The notes: generated by a model from the letters alone, not told the origin. DNA of 64,000 bases from an uncultured Candidatus Saccharibacteria bacterium (GCA_964429815.1 CAYSCM010000001.1:384001-448000), one strand, 5' to 3'; shown: positions 10,038 through 18,773, counted from the first letter of the stretch. A program made the numbers and translations.

Positions 10038-10109
10038 GCCTCCGTAGTTCAATGGATAGAACGGACCCGTCCTAAGGGTTTGATGTCAGTTCGATTCTGG
10101 CCGGAGGCG
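10038..10109 (+). tRNA. tRNA-Arg (anticodon CCT)
   Basis: Acceptor gcctccg/cggaggc, anticodon stem gaccc/gggtt with loop gtCCTaa, T-arm gtcag-ttcgatt-ctggc. Confidence 0.8.
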
Positions 10110-10133
10110 CAGGAAGGACGCTATACTTACAGT

Positions 10134-10457
10134 ATGCCTCCCATTGGCCCCGAGCAGGGGTATCTCAAGGAAATTTATACGCTCACGAAAGAAAATAACC
10201 GCATGCTTAAGCGCATGAGGCGCAGCTCTATCTTTTGGGGCGTCGTTAAGTTTCTCTGGTGGGTTTTCCTTCTCATCGTCCTTCCAGTTCTCCTCTATCA
10301 GTACTACATCGCACCCTTCGTCGATCAGGCACAGCATACCTATCAGAGTGTTCAGCAAGGAGCGAATCAGGTGCAGAATTTTCAGCAGTACCTCACTAAG
10401 CTTCTCCACGACACCCTTGCCAGGTTTGGATTCGGGTCGAGTTCCTCGGGAAACTAG
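10134..10457 (+). CDS. Hypothetical small membrane protein
   Basis: ORF track start 10080 overlaps the tRNA-Arg gene. A start at ATG 10134 (MPPIGPEQ...) is more plausible. One strong TM segment (FWGVVKFLWWVFLLIVLPVLLY). Confidence 0.45.
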   Translation: MPPIGPEQGYLKEIYTLTKENNRMLKRMRRSSIFWGVVKFLWWVFLLIVLPVLLYQYYIAPFVDQAQHTYQSVQQGANQVQNFQQYLTKLLHDTLARFGFGSSSSGN

Positions 10458-10493
10458 CACGGAGAAAAATTTTGCGGTAAGGTATTCAGGTTC

Positions 10494-10566
10494 GCCGAGG
10501 TAGCTCAGTTGGTAGAGCATTTGTCTGAAGAACAAAGGGTCGCCGGTTCGATCCCGGCCCTCGGCA
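10494..10566 (+). tRNA. tRNA-Phe (anticodon GAA)
   Basis: gccgagg-ta-gctcagttggtagagc-a-tttgt-ctGAAga-acaaa-gggtc-gccgg-ttcgatc-ccggc-cctcggc-a. Canonical D and T arms. Confidence 0.9.
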
Positions 10567-10736
10567 CAAAATTGAAATTGCCTGGACTGGCTCCAGGCAA
10601 TTTCAACTTCTGATGAGGGATCGAACCTGGAAGGGGTCGGGAAACGGGAGTTTCCCGTCGAGGAAAACAGCGAGCTTGCGAGCGTTAGAAACCGCGGGTT
10701 TCTAAAGAGCTGCGCAGCAGCTCAGGAGTGAGATTC

Positions 10737-10761
10737 CCGGCCCTCGGCACAAAATTATGGG
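10737..10761. repeat. Direct repeat of the tRNA-Phe 3' end (second copy; first copy 10550-10573)
   Basis: gattcccggccctcggcacaaaatt versus tRNA 3' gatcccggccctcggcacaaaatt. 21 nt are identical, and 163 bp separate the copies. Confidence 0.8.
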
Positions 10762-10827
10762 TTGTTTTTTACAAACCTAGTCTGTATTTACGTCGGCACC
10801 ATAGGGTGGCCAGAAAGGAAGGTTGCT

Positions 10828-11136
10828 ATGGACCATAGCAATCATCAAGTACAAGAGCGTAACCATCAGGCATGTGCCCACGGCATGTGTCTGAATCACG
10901 ACCCGCAATGGGAGAAGGCAGAAGAAAGGCACTTCGAGCCTCGCCCGATGTGGTTCGGCCTCTATCAGGTCTATTGGACCGTACGTTGCTGCGGAAAGGC
11001 GATGAGGCGGGTTAAGGAAGTGATCACTCAACGATGCGCGAAGTGCGGCAGGTTTGGCGAAAAAGTTACAAAGTGGGAAATTGCACTTTGCTCCTGCTGC
11101 GGTCATCACGTAGATATGGGCGGTAGCTCACTGTGA
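10828..11136 (+). CDS. Hypothetical Cys/His-rich small protein (possible zinc-binding)
   Basis: Start moved to ATG 10828 (MDHSNHQ...) behind a gaaaggaagg SD. 11 Cys in 102 aa including CxxC-like pairs (CAKCGRF, CSCCGHH). A terminator follows. Confidence 0.5.
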   Translation: MDHSNHQVQERNHQACAHGMCLNHDPQWEKAEERHFEPRPMWFGLYQVYWTVRCCGKAMRRVKEVITQRCAKCGRFGEKVTKWEIALCSCCGHHVDMGGSSL

Positions 11137-11142
11137 ACTCGA

Positions 11143-11168
11143 AGGCCCGGACGTTGTCCGGGCCTTTC
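11143..11168. terminator. Bidirectional rho-independent terminator
   Basis: ggcccggacgttgtccgggcc hairpin between convergent genes. Confidence 0.55.
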
Positions 11169-11178
11169 AATCTTTACA

Positions 11179-11664
11179 TTAGTTCGATCTCACTTTGAGT
11201 TTTGTCTGGCGAGCCTTATCGATCTTTGGGAGTTTGATGATGAGCACGCCGTGCTTCTCTACCGCCTCTGCTTCCTCGCAATCCACTTCGGCAGGAAGGA
11301 GTATAGTACGTGAGAAGGCGCCCCAGTAGAGCTCGCGGTGGAAATAGTTTTCATCCATGACCTCCTTGGCCTCTTCGCGCCGCCCCTTTATGGTCACCAT
11401 ATCGCGGGTGATGGCGATGTCGAGGTCCTCGGGACGCACGCCGGCGACGATGGCCTTGATGACGATAGACTCCGGCGTCTGGTACATGTCCACCGTGAGC
11501 TCCCCGACCGCCTCGTCCTCTTCAGCACTGGAAGAAGCAGAAGTTGGGCGCTCGTCACGGGAAGCTCTGGAGGGGGATATGCGGCGCTCTTCTTCAAACG
11601 CATCGTACTCGTCCACGTTGACCGAGCCGGTGAGTCTTTCAAAAAATGATCGTCCACGTGCCAT
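11179..11664 (-). CDS. Small heat-shock protein (Hsp20/alpha-crystallin family)
   Basis: 161 aa. Alpha-crystallin domain pattern (ESIVIKAIVAGVRPEDLDIAITRDMVTIKG ... GVLIIKLPK). Confidence 0.8.
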   Translation of the reverse strand: MARGRSFFERLTGSVNVDEYDAFEEERRISPSRASRDERPTSASSSAEEDEAVGELTVDMYQTPESIVIKAIVAGVRPEDLDIAITRDMVTIKGRREEAKEVMDENYFHRELYWGAFSRTILLPAEVDCEEAEAVEKHGVLIIKLPKIDKARQTKLKVRSN

Positions 11665-11679
11665 GATTGTTTTTTTTGT

Positions 11680-12381
11680 TTACCCTACGCGGGTCCGAGG
11701 AGCCCGCAGGCGCTTTATATGTTCGAGGGTGAGGAAGAGGAATATTATCCCGACCCACACTCCGACGAACACGGAGAGCGTCTGGCTTCCGTTGGTCTGA
11801 ATTATAAGAAAATTGAAGAGCGTGTGCAAGAAAACGGCCAGGATAAGTCCCCCGGTGAGAAAAAGGAGGCGGACGCGATACGGGCGATAAAAAGAGAACG
11901 CCATAAAAACGCCGACGGTAGCGGAGGAGAGCACGTGAAGGAGCGAAGCTCCGAGGAAACGGAGATTTCCGGTGAGGATGGTATGGGAGAGTGAGCCTCC
12001 CGCAAGAGGGTCAAGAAGAAAAAAGGTATTCTCAAGAGCAGCGAAGCCGAGCGCAACCGTGATCATGTAGATGGGCGCGTCTATCGGTTCGTCGAACGCA
12101 CGACGGTGCAGGTCGATTATGTGCATAGCCTGAAATTTGGTGAATTCCTCTATCGCGGCCCAGGCGAGCACGATGAGAAGGCCCGGGGGAAGCCATAGCT
12201 GCGCGTAGTGCTCGAAGGGGATGACAAGCGGAACGCAGAGCATCCCGCCGAAAAAGGAGAGAGCGATGAATTTCTTCGGCTCGGGGTGGAGGCGGTCTTC
12301 CTTAAGCCAAAACCACAGCCACAAAAGGGCGGGGAGGAGCCCCCCGAGGAACGCGATGAGGATATTTTGAAGGGAAAACAT
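11680..12381 (-). CDS. PrsW-family intramembrane metalloprotease
   Basis: 233 aa, polytopic. Signature motifs EEFTKF (EExxK) and HTLFNF (HxxxN). Confidence 0.65.
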   Translation of the reverse strand: MFSLQNILIAFLGGLLPALLWLWFWLKEDRLHPEPKKFIALSFFGGMLCVPLVIPFEHYAQLWLPPGLLIVLAWAAIEEFTKFQAMHIIDLHRRAFDEPIDAPIYMITVALGFAALENTFFLLDPLAGGSLSHTILTGNLRFLGASLLHVLSSATVGVFMAFSFYRPYRVRLLFLTGGLILAVFLHTLFNFLIIQTNGSQTLSVFVGVWVGIIFLFLTLEHIKRLRAPRTRVG

Positions 12382-12384
12382 ACC

Positions 12385-14595
12385 CTATGCCTCATCTCTC
12401 GTTGCCGACACGGCTTCTTCCGTGCCCGGCCAGCGCTCCATCATGAGAAGCTCTCCGGAGCCACCGGGTAGCAGCGAGTGAATCTCTTCGGTAATAAAAG
12501 GCATGAAGGGGTGGAGAAGTTTGAGGAGTTTGGTCAGTATCTGGTAGAGCGCCCACGACCGTGCGCTCTTATGCTGAGAGGCGCCCTCTTTGAGGATGGA
12601 CTTGCTTTCTTCGAGTATAACATCAGCGAGCGTATGCCACGTGTAGTGGTAGAGCTTTTCAGCGGCAAGGTAGAGGCGGTACCCCTCGATGTCGGCCGTC
12701 ACGTCCTGCGCGAGATCTTCGAGCTGTCGGAGGTACGAAGCCTCCGCCGCAGAGAGCTCGGGAACCTCCTCGCCAAGCACCCCTTCTTGGAGATTTTCGA
12801 GAACGAAGCGGCTGATGTTCCAGAGCTTGTTTGCGAAGTGCTTATAGCCCTTTATTTTGTCCTCGGAAAGTTTTATGTCCGTCCCAGGCGCTGCGCCAAC
12901 GACAAGGGAAAGGCGCGTCGCATCGGCACCATATTTTTCTATCATCTCCACCGGGTCGATGATATTGCCGAGTGACTTACTCATCTTTTTTCCGTTTTTG
13001 TCGCGCACGAGCCCATGGAGGTACACAGCCCTGAAGGGTATCTGTCCCATGTGAAAGCCGGCCATAAGCACCATGCGTGCGACCCAGAAAAAGAGTATGT
13101 CGTAGCCGGTCTCGAGCACCGAGGTCGGGTGGTAGAGCTTGAGATCCTCCGTTCCCTTCGGCCAGCCGAGCGTTGAAAAGGTCCACAGTCCCGAGGAGAA
13201 CCAGGTGTCGAGGGTGTCTGGGTCCTGTTCCCATCCCGCTCCCTCGGGAGCCGAGACCCCCACGTAGCGCTCAGAATCGCGGTACCAGACAGGGATGCGG
13301 TGGCCGAACCATATCTGGCGGGAAATGCACCAAGGGCGCAGGTTGTCTATCCAGTGGAAGTAGGTTTTACCGAAGTACTCCGGAAGGATGGAGATAGCGC
13401 CCTGCGCGACGGCAGTGCGCATAAGTTCTTTGAGCGAGAGTTCAGCTCCCGACCCGATGCCGAAGATCTGTGAGTGCACGATGCGGAAAGGTTTATCGAC
13501 ATCGACGAACCACTGTTCCTTTATCTGCGGTTCAATGATGCCGCCGCCGCGGCTATTAGTCGCGACATTGTGAACGTAACCCTCGTCGACCTTTTCGAGG
13601 AGTCCCTTCTCCTTCAGCTTCTCGACTATTTTTGGACGTGCTTTTTTTATGTGGAGCCCTGCGAATTCTCCCGCGAGGCGAAGAAGCTTCCCCTTTTCAT
13701 CGATGATTTGCTCCTTATCGAGCTTGTGGCGCTCGGCTATCTCAAAGTCGATGAGGTCATGCCACGGAGTGATGGTCATGACACCGGTACCAAATTCCAT
13801 CGAGGCGGCGGCATCCTTGATGATGGTCGCCGTCACCGGGCCGTTTATCCATTCGAGCTCGAGCGTATCGCCGTGGCGGTAGTTCGCATAACGAGCATCG
13901 TCAGGATGCATTACAACGTACTTATCACCGAATTTAGTTTCGGGACGCGCGGTCGTGATGGTGAAGGGGCCGTACTTAAGATGGTAGAGCGGCTCCTTTT
14001 TCTCCACCCACTCGATCTCGTCATCGGAAACGGTCGTCTGAAATTCAGGATCCCAATTGACGATGCGTGCTCCGCGGAAAATGAGCCCAGCCTCGTACAT
14101 CCGCACGAACGCTTCCATGACGGCCCGGTAACGCTTCTCGTCCATGGTGTAGGCATAGCGGCTCCAATCGAGTGAGCTTCCCATACGGCGAAGCTGCGCG
14201 ATGATGGTCGCCTTACTCTCCTCAGTGAACTCATCGATACGCCGCAGAAGCTCCTCGCGACCGATGTCGTGGCGGGTTTTCTTCTCCTTCTTGTACACCA
14301 TGTCCTCTACCTTCGACTGCGTCGCGATGGCCGCTGAGTCCGTGCCGGGTACCCAGAGCGTTTTAAAACCCCGCATGCGCTTGTAGCGGATGAGGATATC
14401 CTCGATGGCGAGCATCGCCGCGTGTCCCATGTGGAGGGTGCCGGTGACGTTGGGAGGGGGAAGGACTATTGAGTACGGCTCCTTGTGGCTCTTGGGGAGA
14501 TTGTCAGGGTTGAAGTAGCCCGAATCCTCCCATTTTTTATAGATTTCAGGCTCCGTTTCCTTGGGGTTGTAGGGCTTAAGGAATTTCTGGTTCAC
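12385..14595 (-). CDS. valS: Valine--tRNA ligase (short form)
   Basis: 736 aa. PPPNVTGTLHMGHA (HIGH) and KMSKSLGN (KMSKS) motifs, with class I editing-domain-like regions. It is shorter than typical ValRS and lacks the C-terminal coiled-coil. Confidence 0.85.
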   Translation of the reverse strand: MNQKFLKPYNPKETEPEIYKKWEDSGYFNPDNLPKSHKEPYSIVLPPPNVTGTLHMGHAAMLAIEDILIRYKRMRGFKTLWVPGTDSAAIATQSKVEDMVYKKEKKTRHDIGREELLRRIDEFTEESKATIIAQLRRMGSSLDWSRYAYTMDEKRYRAVMEAFVRMYEAGLIFRGARIVNWDPEFQTTVSDDEIEWVEKKEPLYHLKYGPFTITTARPETKFGDKYVVMHPDDARYANYRHGDTLELEWINGPVTATIIKDAAASMEFGTGVMTITPWHDLIDFEIAERHKLDKEQIIDEKGKLLRLAGEFAGLHIKKARPKIVEKLKEKGLLEKVDEGYVHNVATNSRGGGIIEPQIKEQWFVDVDKPFRIVHSQIFGIGSGAELSLKELMRTAVAQGAISILPEYFGKTYFHWIDNLRPWCISRQIWFGHRIPVWYRDSERYVGVSAPEGAGWEQDPDTLDTWFSSGLWTFSTLGWPKGTEDLKLYHPTSVLETGYDILFFWVARMVLMAGFHMGQIPFRAVYLHGLVRDKNGKKMSKSLGNIIDPVEMIEKYGADATRLSLVVGAAPGTDIKLSEDKIKGYKHFANKLWNISRFVLENLQEGVLGEEVPELSAAEASYLRQLEDLAQDVTADIEGYRLYLAAEKLYHYTWHTLADVILEESKSILKEGASQHKSARSWALYQILTKLLKLLHPFMPFITEEIHSLLPGGSGELLMMERWPGTEEAVSATRDEA

Positions 14596-14691
14596 CTAAA
14601 AAGTCTAGCAAACTCAACGTATTTTCAAAAGCTATTCACTTTTTTTAGACTTCGGGTAGTCTTTTGCCTAGACCCTTAGCAGGAGAGAAAG

Positions 14692-15000
14692 ATGGCTACC
14701 TCAATGGTTACGCAAGAATCCCTTGAGACGCGCGCCAGCGACCCGCTGATCGCAGAAGTTGTGGGCGTCTACGAACATCACGTCACGCTGCGCACCCGCA
14801 TCTGCTTCGGAGCGATGTCCGTGCTGGTGCAGTACCCACGCACGGCGTTCACCTGGGGGGAGGGGGAGAGCCCACTCTATTTCAAAGGAGGCGCCGCGCC
14901 CACGTGGGCGCGCATCGATCCCGACCGAGTGGCCTCATTCGTGAATATTCCCCTCGCCGAGGAGGACACCATCAAGTTTCTCCTGGCGAAAAAGTCCTAG
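14692..15000 (+). CDS. Hypothetical protein
   Basis: 102-aa ORF with a good coding look, followed by a terminator. No recognisable motif. Confidence 0.35.
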   Translation: MATSMVTQESLETRASDPLIAEVVGVYEHHVTLRTRICFGAMSVLVQYPRTAFTWGEGESPLYFKGGAAPTWARIDPDRVASFVNIPLAEEDTIKFLLAKKS

Positions 15001-15004
15001 AATC

Positions 15005-15030
15005 GGGCCGCCCGCAGGGGCGGCCCTTTT
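15005..15030. terminator. Bidirectional rho-independent terminator
   Basis: gggccgcccgcaggggcggccc hairpin plus a T-run, between convergent genes. Confidence 0.55.
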
Positions 15031-16192
15031 ATATGAGCGAAAGGTTTCCTTCAGCGATAAAGTCTGCAGCGTTGGAAGCACCAAATTTCTTAAGCCGAAA
15101 GTATCCCGCCGCGGCTATCATGACCGCGTTATCAGTCGTGAGTTCCCGCGCGGGAATAAAAAGTTTTGCTCCCGGGAAATCTTGTGTGATCATCGCCTCA
15201 ATTTCTTTCCGAATGTTGTTGTTAGCAGACACGCCACCGCCCACAACAAGTGTTTTCGCGCCGCGCTCGTTCATCGCTCGGCGCGTCTTGCCGACGAGCA
15301 CGTCGGTCACGGCGTCCTCGAACTCTCTTGCGAAGGTTTCTTTCGTTTGGTCGGAAATCTCAGACAGCTCGCGGAGTGCATAGAGCGCGGCAGTTTTAAG
15401 CCCTGAGAACGAAAAATCGCAATTATTTGCCGAAAGCATGGGGCGGGGAAGCTGTATTGTGCCGCGGGCGTTTTTTGCACGGGCGGATTCAGCGAGTTTC
15501 GAGATCTGCGGCCCGCCGGGGTAGGGAAGCCCGAGCATGCGGGCGACTTTGTCGAACGCTTCCCCCACCGCATCATCGAGTGTCGAGCCGACAAGCTCAT
15601 AGGTGAGCCAGGCTTTCATAAGGACGAGCTCGGTGTGCCCGCCGGAAATGAGGAGCGCGAGTGCGGGGAATTCTATGTTCCCTATTTTGCCTTCTCGAAT
15701 GAGCGACGAGATGACGTGACCTTCCATGTGATTGATGGGGACGGTAGGGAGGCCCCATGCGAGCGCAAGCGCTTTTGCGAAATTGATGCCTACCCACAGC
15801 GCCGGCTCGAGCCCGGGGCCCGATGTCACGGCAATGGCATCAAGCGGCGGCTTCTCGTACGATTCGAAAAAGCCTACGAGAAATCGCGCCAAGTCATGCT
15901 CGCGTTCAAGAAGCTTTTCGATAGTCGCGCGAGCGTCATCGGATAGTTTTGAAGCACTGACATCGAGCATTCCCGCCTCCTCAAGAGCCTTGGTGAGGAT
16001 GGGGATGAGGTTTTTAGCATGTTCGCGCTTGGCGAGTGCAGGGAACACACCGCCGTATTCCCTATGTATCTCGACTTGCGAAAGGACGGCATTTCCAAGC
16101 ACGGTAAAACGGGCGTTTCCGATTTCGCCCTCCGCGTCGACTATGCTCACCGCGGTCTCATCGCAGGAGGTTTCTATGGCGAGGATTTTCAT
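15029..16192 (-). CDS. tsaD: tRNA N6-adenosine threonylcarbamoyltransferase TsaD (Kae1/Gcp family)
   Basis: Start moved to MKILAIETSCDETAVSIV, the canonical TsaD N-terminus. HxxH metal-binding region is present. Confidence 0.85.
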   Translation of the reverse strand: MKILAIETSCDETAVSIVDAEGEIGNARFTVLGNAVLSQVEIHREYGGVFPALAKREHAKNLIPILTKALEEAGMLDVSASKLSDDARATIEKLLEREHDLARFLVGFFESYEKPPLDAIAVTSGPGLEPALWVGINFAKALALAWGLPTVPINHMEGHVISSLIREGKIGNIEFPALALLISGGHTELVLMKAWLTYELVGSTLDDAVGEAFDKVARMLGLPYPGGPQISKLAESARAKNARGTIQLPRPMLSANNCDFSFSGLKTAALYALRELSEISDQTKETFAREFEDAVTDVLVGKTRRAMNERGAKTLVVGGGVSANNNIRKEIEAMITQDFPGAKLFIPARELTTDNAVMIAAAGYFRLKKFGASNAADFIAEGNLSLI

Positions 16193-16620
16193 AATGCTTC
16201 GTTGGAGATCTTCTTTTGCAACCAACAATCAATAACCCGTTTGCTTGAGGTAAACATTGGGGAGGGGAGATTCTTCGGGTCGACCCATTTCCAGTTCCTG
16301 CTTTTTTCCGGTTCAGCATCATATGGTTCGCCTTTTTCTGACTCAGCGAGAATTCCAATGGTGACGTAGTGCTTGTTTTTCGCAGGGTAAAAAATAATAT
16401 CGTTGTTGACGCAAATAATCCCTTTTATTCGAATATCTTTGAGTCCGGTTTCTTCTTGAACCTCCTGCCGAGCGCAATCGGCAAAGGATTGTTCAAATTC
16501 TAAATGGCCTCCAGGTATTTGGAATGTTCCTGCTCCGCCGGACTTAGATAGGCGCTCCCCAATGAGGATGGTATTGCCTCGAGTTATCAAAATTCCGATG
16601 CCGATGTATGGTCGATCCAT
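16189..16620 (-). CDS. NUDIX hydrolase
   Basis: 143 aa with a Nudix box (GGHLEFEQSFADCARQEVQEETG). Confidence 0.75.
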   Translation of the reverse strand: MDRPYIGIGILITRGNTILIGERLSKSGGAGTFQIPGGHLEFEQSFADCARQEVQEETGLKDIRIKGIICVNNDIIFYPAKNKHYVTIGILAESEKGEPYDAEPEKSRNWKWVDPKNLPSPMFTSSKRVIDCWLQKKISNEAL

Positions 16621-16621
16621 G

Positions 16622-16640
16622 GTGCGCGGTAAGGGACTCG
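16622..16640. repeat. Direct repeat of the tRNA-Val 3' end (copy; tRNA copy at 16820-16838)
   Basis: 19-nt exact repeat gtgcgcggtaagggactcg, lying 179 bp downstream (in tRNA orientation) of the tRNA-Val 3' end. Confidence 0.8.
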
Positions 16641-16820
16641 GTCACGAATAATCTACTCGTCGTCGCTCGCAGATTTTCGCGACCCCGGCTCGGTATCAAA
16701 AGCTGCTGCTTTTGATATACCTGCGCCCTTCGAGTCCCTTATGGAAGCGACACTGGTCGCTTCCTCCCGCGCAACAACGAAATTAAAAAACGATGGCAGA
16801 AGCCATATTTTTTAATTTAG

Positions 16821-16893
16821 TGCGCGGTAAGGGACTCGAACCCCTGGCCCTTCCCACGTCAAGGGAATGCTCTACCAACTGAGCTAACCGCGC
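16821..16893 (-). tRNA. tRNA-Val (anticodon GAC)
   Basis: Reverse complement reads gcgcggt-ta-gctcagttggtagagc-a-ttccc-ttGACgt-gggaa...aggggttcgagtccctt-accgcgc-a. Confidence 0.85.
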
Positions 16894-16952
16894 ATGAGAG
16901 ACTTCGGCATTCTAGCAAAAAGTTGCCGTTTTACCACCGCTAGGGTCGCACG

Positions 16953-17171
16953 CTACGATCGCTTTTTGGCAAAAAAAAGCAGATACAAAATTTCCAGAAC
17001 ACCGATGGAATTAACGAGGAGAAGGGCAACGAACCACACCGGTTGATTGTTGCGGCCGGCTCTCCAGAGCGCGAGCCCCTTCCAGACGATGGCCCAGAGG
17101 ATGAGGGCAACAAAAGCGATCATGTGCGTGAGAACCCAGCCGACGAAAAGCCCGAATGATGCGTAAGTCAT
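16953..17171 (-). CDS. Small membrane protein (two TM helices)
   Basis: 72 aa and very hydrophobic (FGLFVGWVLTHMIAFVALILWAIVW ... VWFVALLLVNSIGVLEILYLLFF). Confidence 0.5.
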   Translation of the reverse strand: MTYASFGLFVGWVLTHMIAFVALILWAIVWKGLALWRAGRNNQPVWFVALLLVNSIGVLEILYLLFFAKKRS

Positions 17172-17193
17172 AGAGATAGTGTAGCAGATTTCG

Positions 17194-17267
17194 GCGACCC
17201 TACCGGGATTCGAACCCGGGTTACCGCCGTGAGAGGGCGGTGTCCTAGACCACTAGACGATAGGGCC
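17194..17267 (-). tRNA. tRNA-Glu (anticodon CTC)
   Basis: Reverse complement reads ggcccta-tcgtctagtggtctaggac-a-ccgcc-ctCTCac-ggcgg-taac-ccggg-ttcgaat-cccgg-tagggtc-g. Confidence 0.8.
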
Positions 17268-17575
17268 TCGCTTCGCTCGGCCATGCCGCCGTCGCTCGTT
17301 CGGAAATGAAGGTGCACTTTCATTTCCCTCACTTCGCTAGACGATGGGGCCAAACACGGCGATTCTAGCATTTTCTCCTCCAAATGCTAGGATGACGTGC
17401 GTAGTTTATCAAACGGAGAGGTGGCTGAGTGGAGAAATCGCGAATAGCTTCGCGATTTCTCCGATCCGCGAAGCGGACGTGCCGATGTGAGCGAGCCTAC
17501 CGGCGAGCGAGAAGGCACGAGGTGGACGAACTTGTTCGACCCTCAGCTTCCATTTAGTATGGGCGAAGCCCATAT

Positions 17576-17662
17576 GGAGAGGTGGCTGAGTGGTCGAAAG
17601 CGGCGCCGTGCTAAGGCGTTAGGGGCGAAAGTCTCTCGTGGGTTCGAATCCCACCCTCTCCG
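17576..17662 (+). tRNA. tRNA-Ser (anticodon GCT), class II tRNA with a long variable arm
   Basis: ggagagg-tg-gctgagtggtcgaaagc-g-gcgcc-gtGCTaa-ggcgt, long variable arm, T-arm gtggg-ttcgaat-cccac, acceptor cctctcc-g. Confidence 0.85.
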
Positions 17663-17715
17663 CAAATGTTGCCTATAGGGACAGAACAATCTCGATTTCC
17701 TGTTATACTTTCGTT

Positions 17716-18441
17716 ATGGCGAACCTTGAAGGAGGACCCAATTCGAACGTCGAAAAAGAAAAGAAAATCCGAGAAGCAGAACAAGAGCTTGATTCAATCG
17801 ATCTGAATCCGGACAAACTTCGCCCTCTCTCGCCTGATGAGATCCACAGTCTTCATAGTAACCTCGCCGATCTTCTCTACTCAGCAGAAACAACTAGAAC
17901 GTTAGCTGACTTACCGGACTCTCCCGAAATTCGAGGGATCAGTGGGGAAGAACAAACCCGAATTGCGATTCAGAAACTCCATGAACGCGGTCAAGAGCTT
18001 CTTAAGAAGACCATTGACGACGAACGACTCCGTGCCGACCTGACTGAAAAAATTAGAGAGTATCATCGCTCAAACTGGCGTGAGGCTTTTGCGAATGAAA
18101 TCACCCAAGGACGAACGCCTTTCGGCGATGCGAGTAACTCGATTATTGAATTTTACCGAACCAAGGGGATCAATATTGAGAATCCGACGGAAGAGGACAT
18201 TGATAAGTATTTTGAGCGAAAAGAATACGACGCTGCAGCATTTGGCCTTGAATTTAAACGCCGACGTCGAAAACAGTTTGCGGATATGGATAACCAGAAG
18301 TTTTCCGATTTTCAAAGTTTATTTTGGCGGATGTTTAGGGTGCCTGATGGGCATGGATGGTTCACAACCCTTATGAACGGCAAGGCGTTTGTGCAGAAGC
18401 TCGACGAAATCAACGAAGCTCTGAAGCATAAAACTCCATAG
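17716..18441 (+). CDS. Hypothetical protein (island cargo)
   Basis: Start moved to MANLEGGPNS. The track's earlier start overlaps the tRNA-Ser 3' end. Charged and coiled-coil rich, with no known motif. Confidence 0.45.
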   Translation: MANLEGGPNSNVEKEKKIREAEQELDSIDLNPDKLRPLSPDEIHSLHSNLADLLYSAETTRTLADLPDSPEIRGISGEEQTRIAIQKLHERGQELLKKTIDDERLRADLTEKIREYHRSNWREAFANEITQGRTPFGDASNSIIEFYRTKGINIENPTEEDIDKYFERKEYDAAAFGLEFKRRRRKQFADMDNQKFSDFQSLFWRMFRVPDGHGWFTTLMNGKAFVQKLDEINEALKHKTP

Positions 18442-18773
18442 GGGCATAGGAGACTGTGTTTATTTATGCCAACACGATACCACTTTTTCTTTTTCTAGCC
18501 TGTATGGCCGATTTCCACGCCATGCAAAAGACAGATCTCTTTGATACACTCTAATCGCTCCATGAAGATTGGATCGCGTAGCTGTATCCGGGTTCGAACA
18601 TCGTTCAGGCCTGCCCGCTCGGACCGGTAAATGTCCAGATAGGTCAATTTTGAAAAAGAGCCTTATGAAATGGGCCTCTTTTTCGTCTCCCAAATTCGCC
18701 AAAAAGGTTCGAATCCTAACCAGTCTCTGCTTCCTCACCTTGGTGATGTATATTTAGGCCATCATTTTAATCT

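Noticed and set aside
10615-10665. Hammerhead-ribozyme-like core (CUGAUGAG ... GAAAC) inside the tRNA-Phe-adjacent insert
   Set aside because: The segment between CUGAUGA and GAAAC cannot form the closed helix II (its ends are not complementary). The match is only the two short core words, consistent with chance.
17168-17678. ORFs 17168-17383 (minus) and 17487-17678 (plus) in the tRNA cluster
   Set aside because: They overlap tRNA-Glu and tRNA-Ser and their flanking repeats, and have no SD or coding bias.
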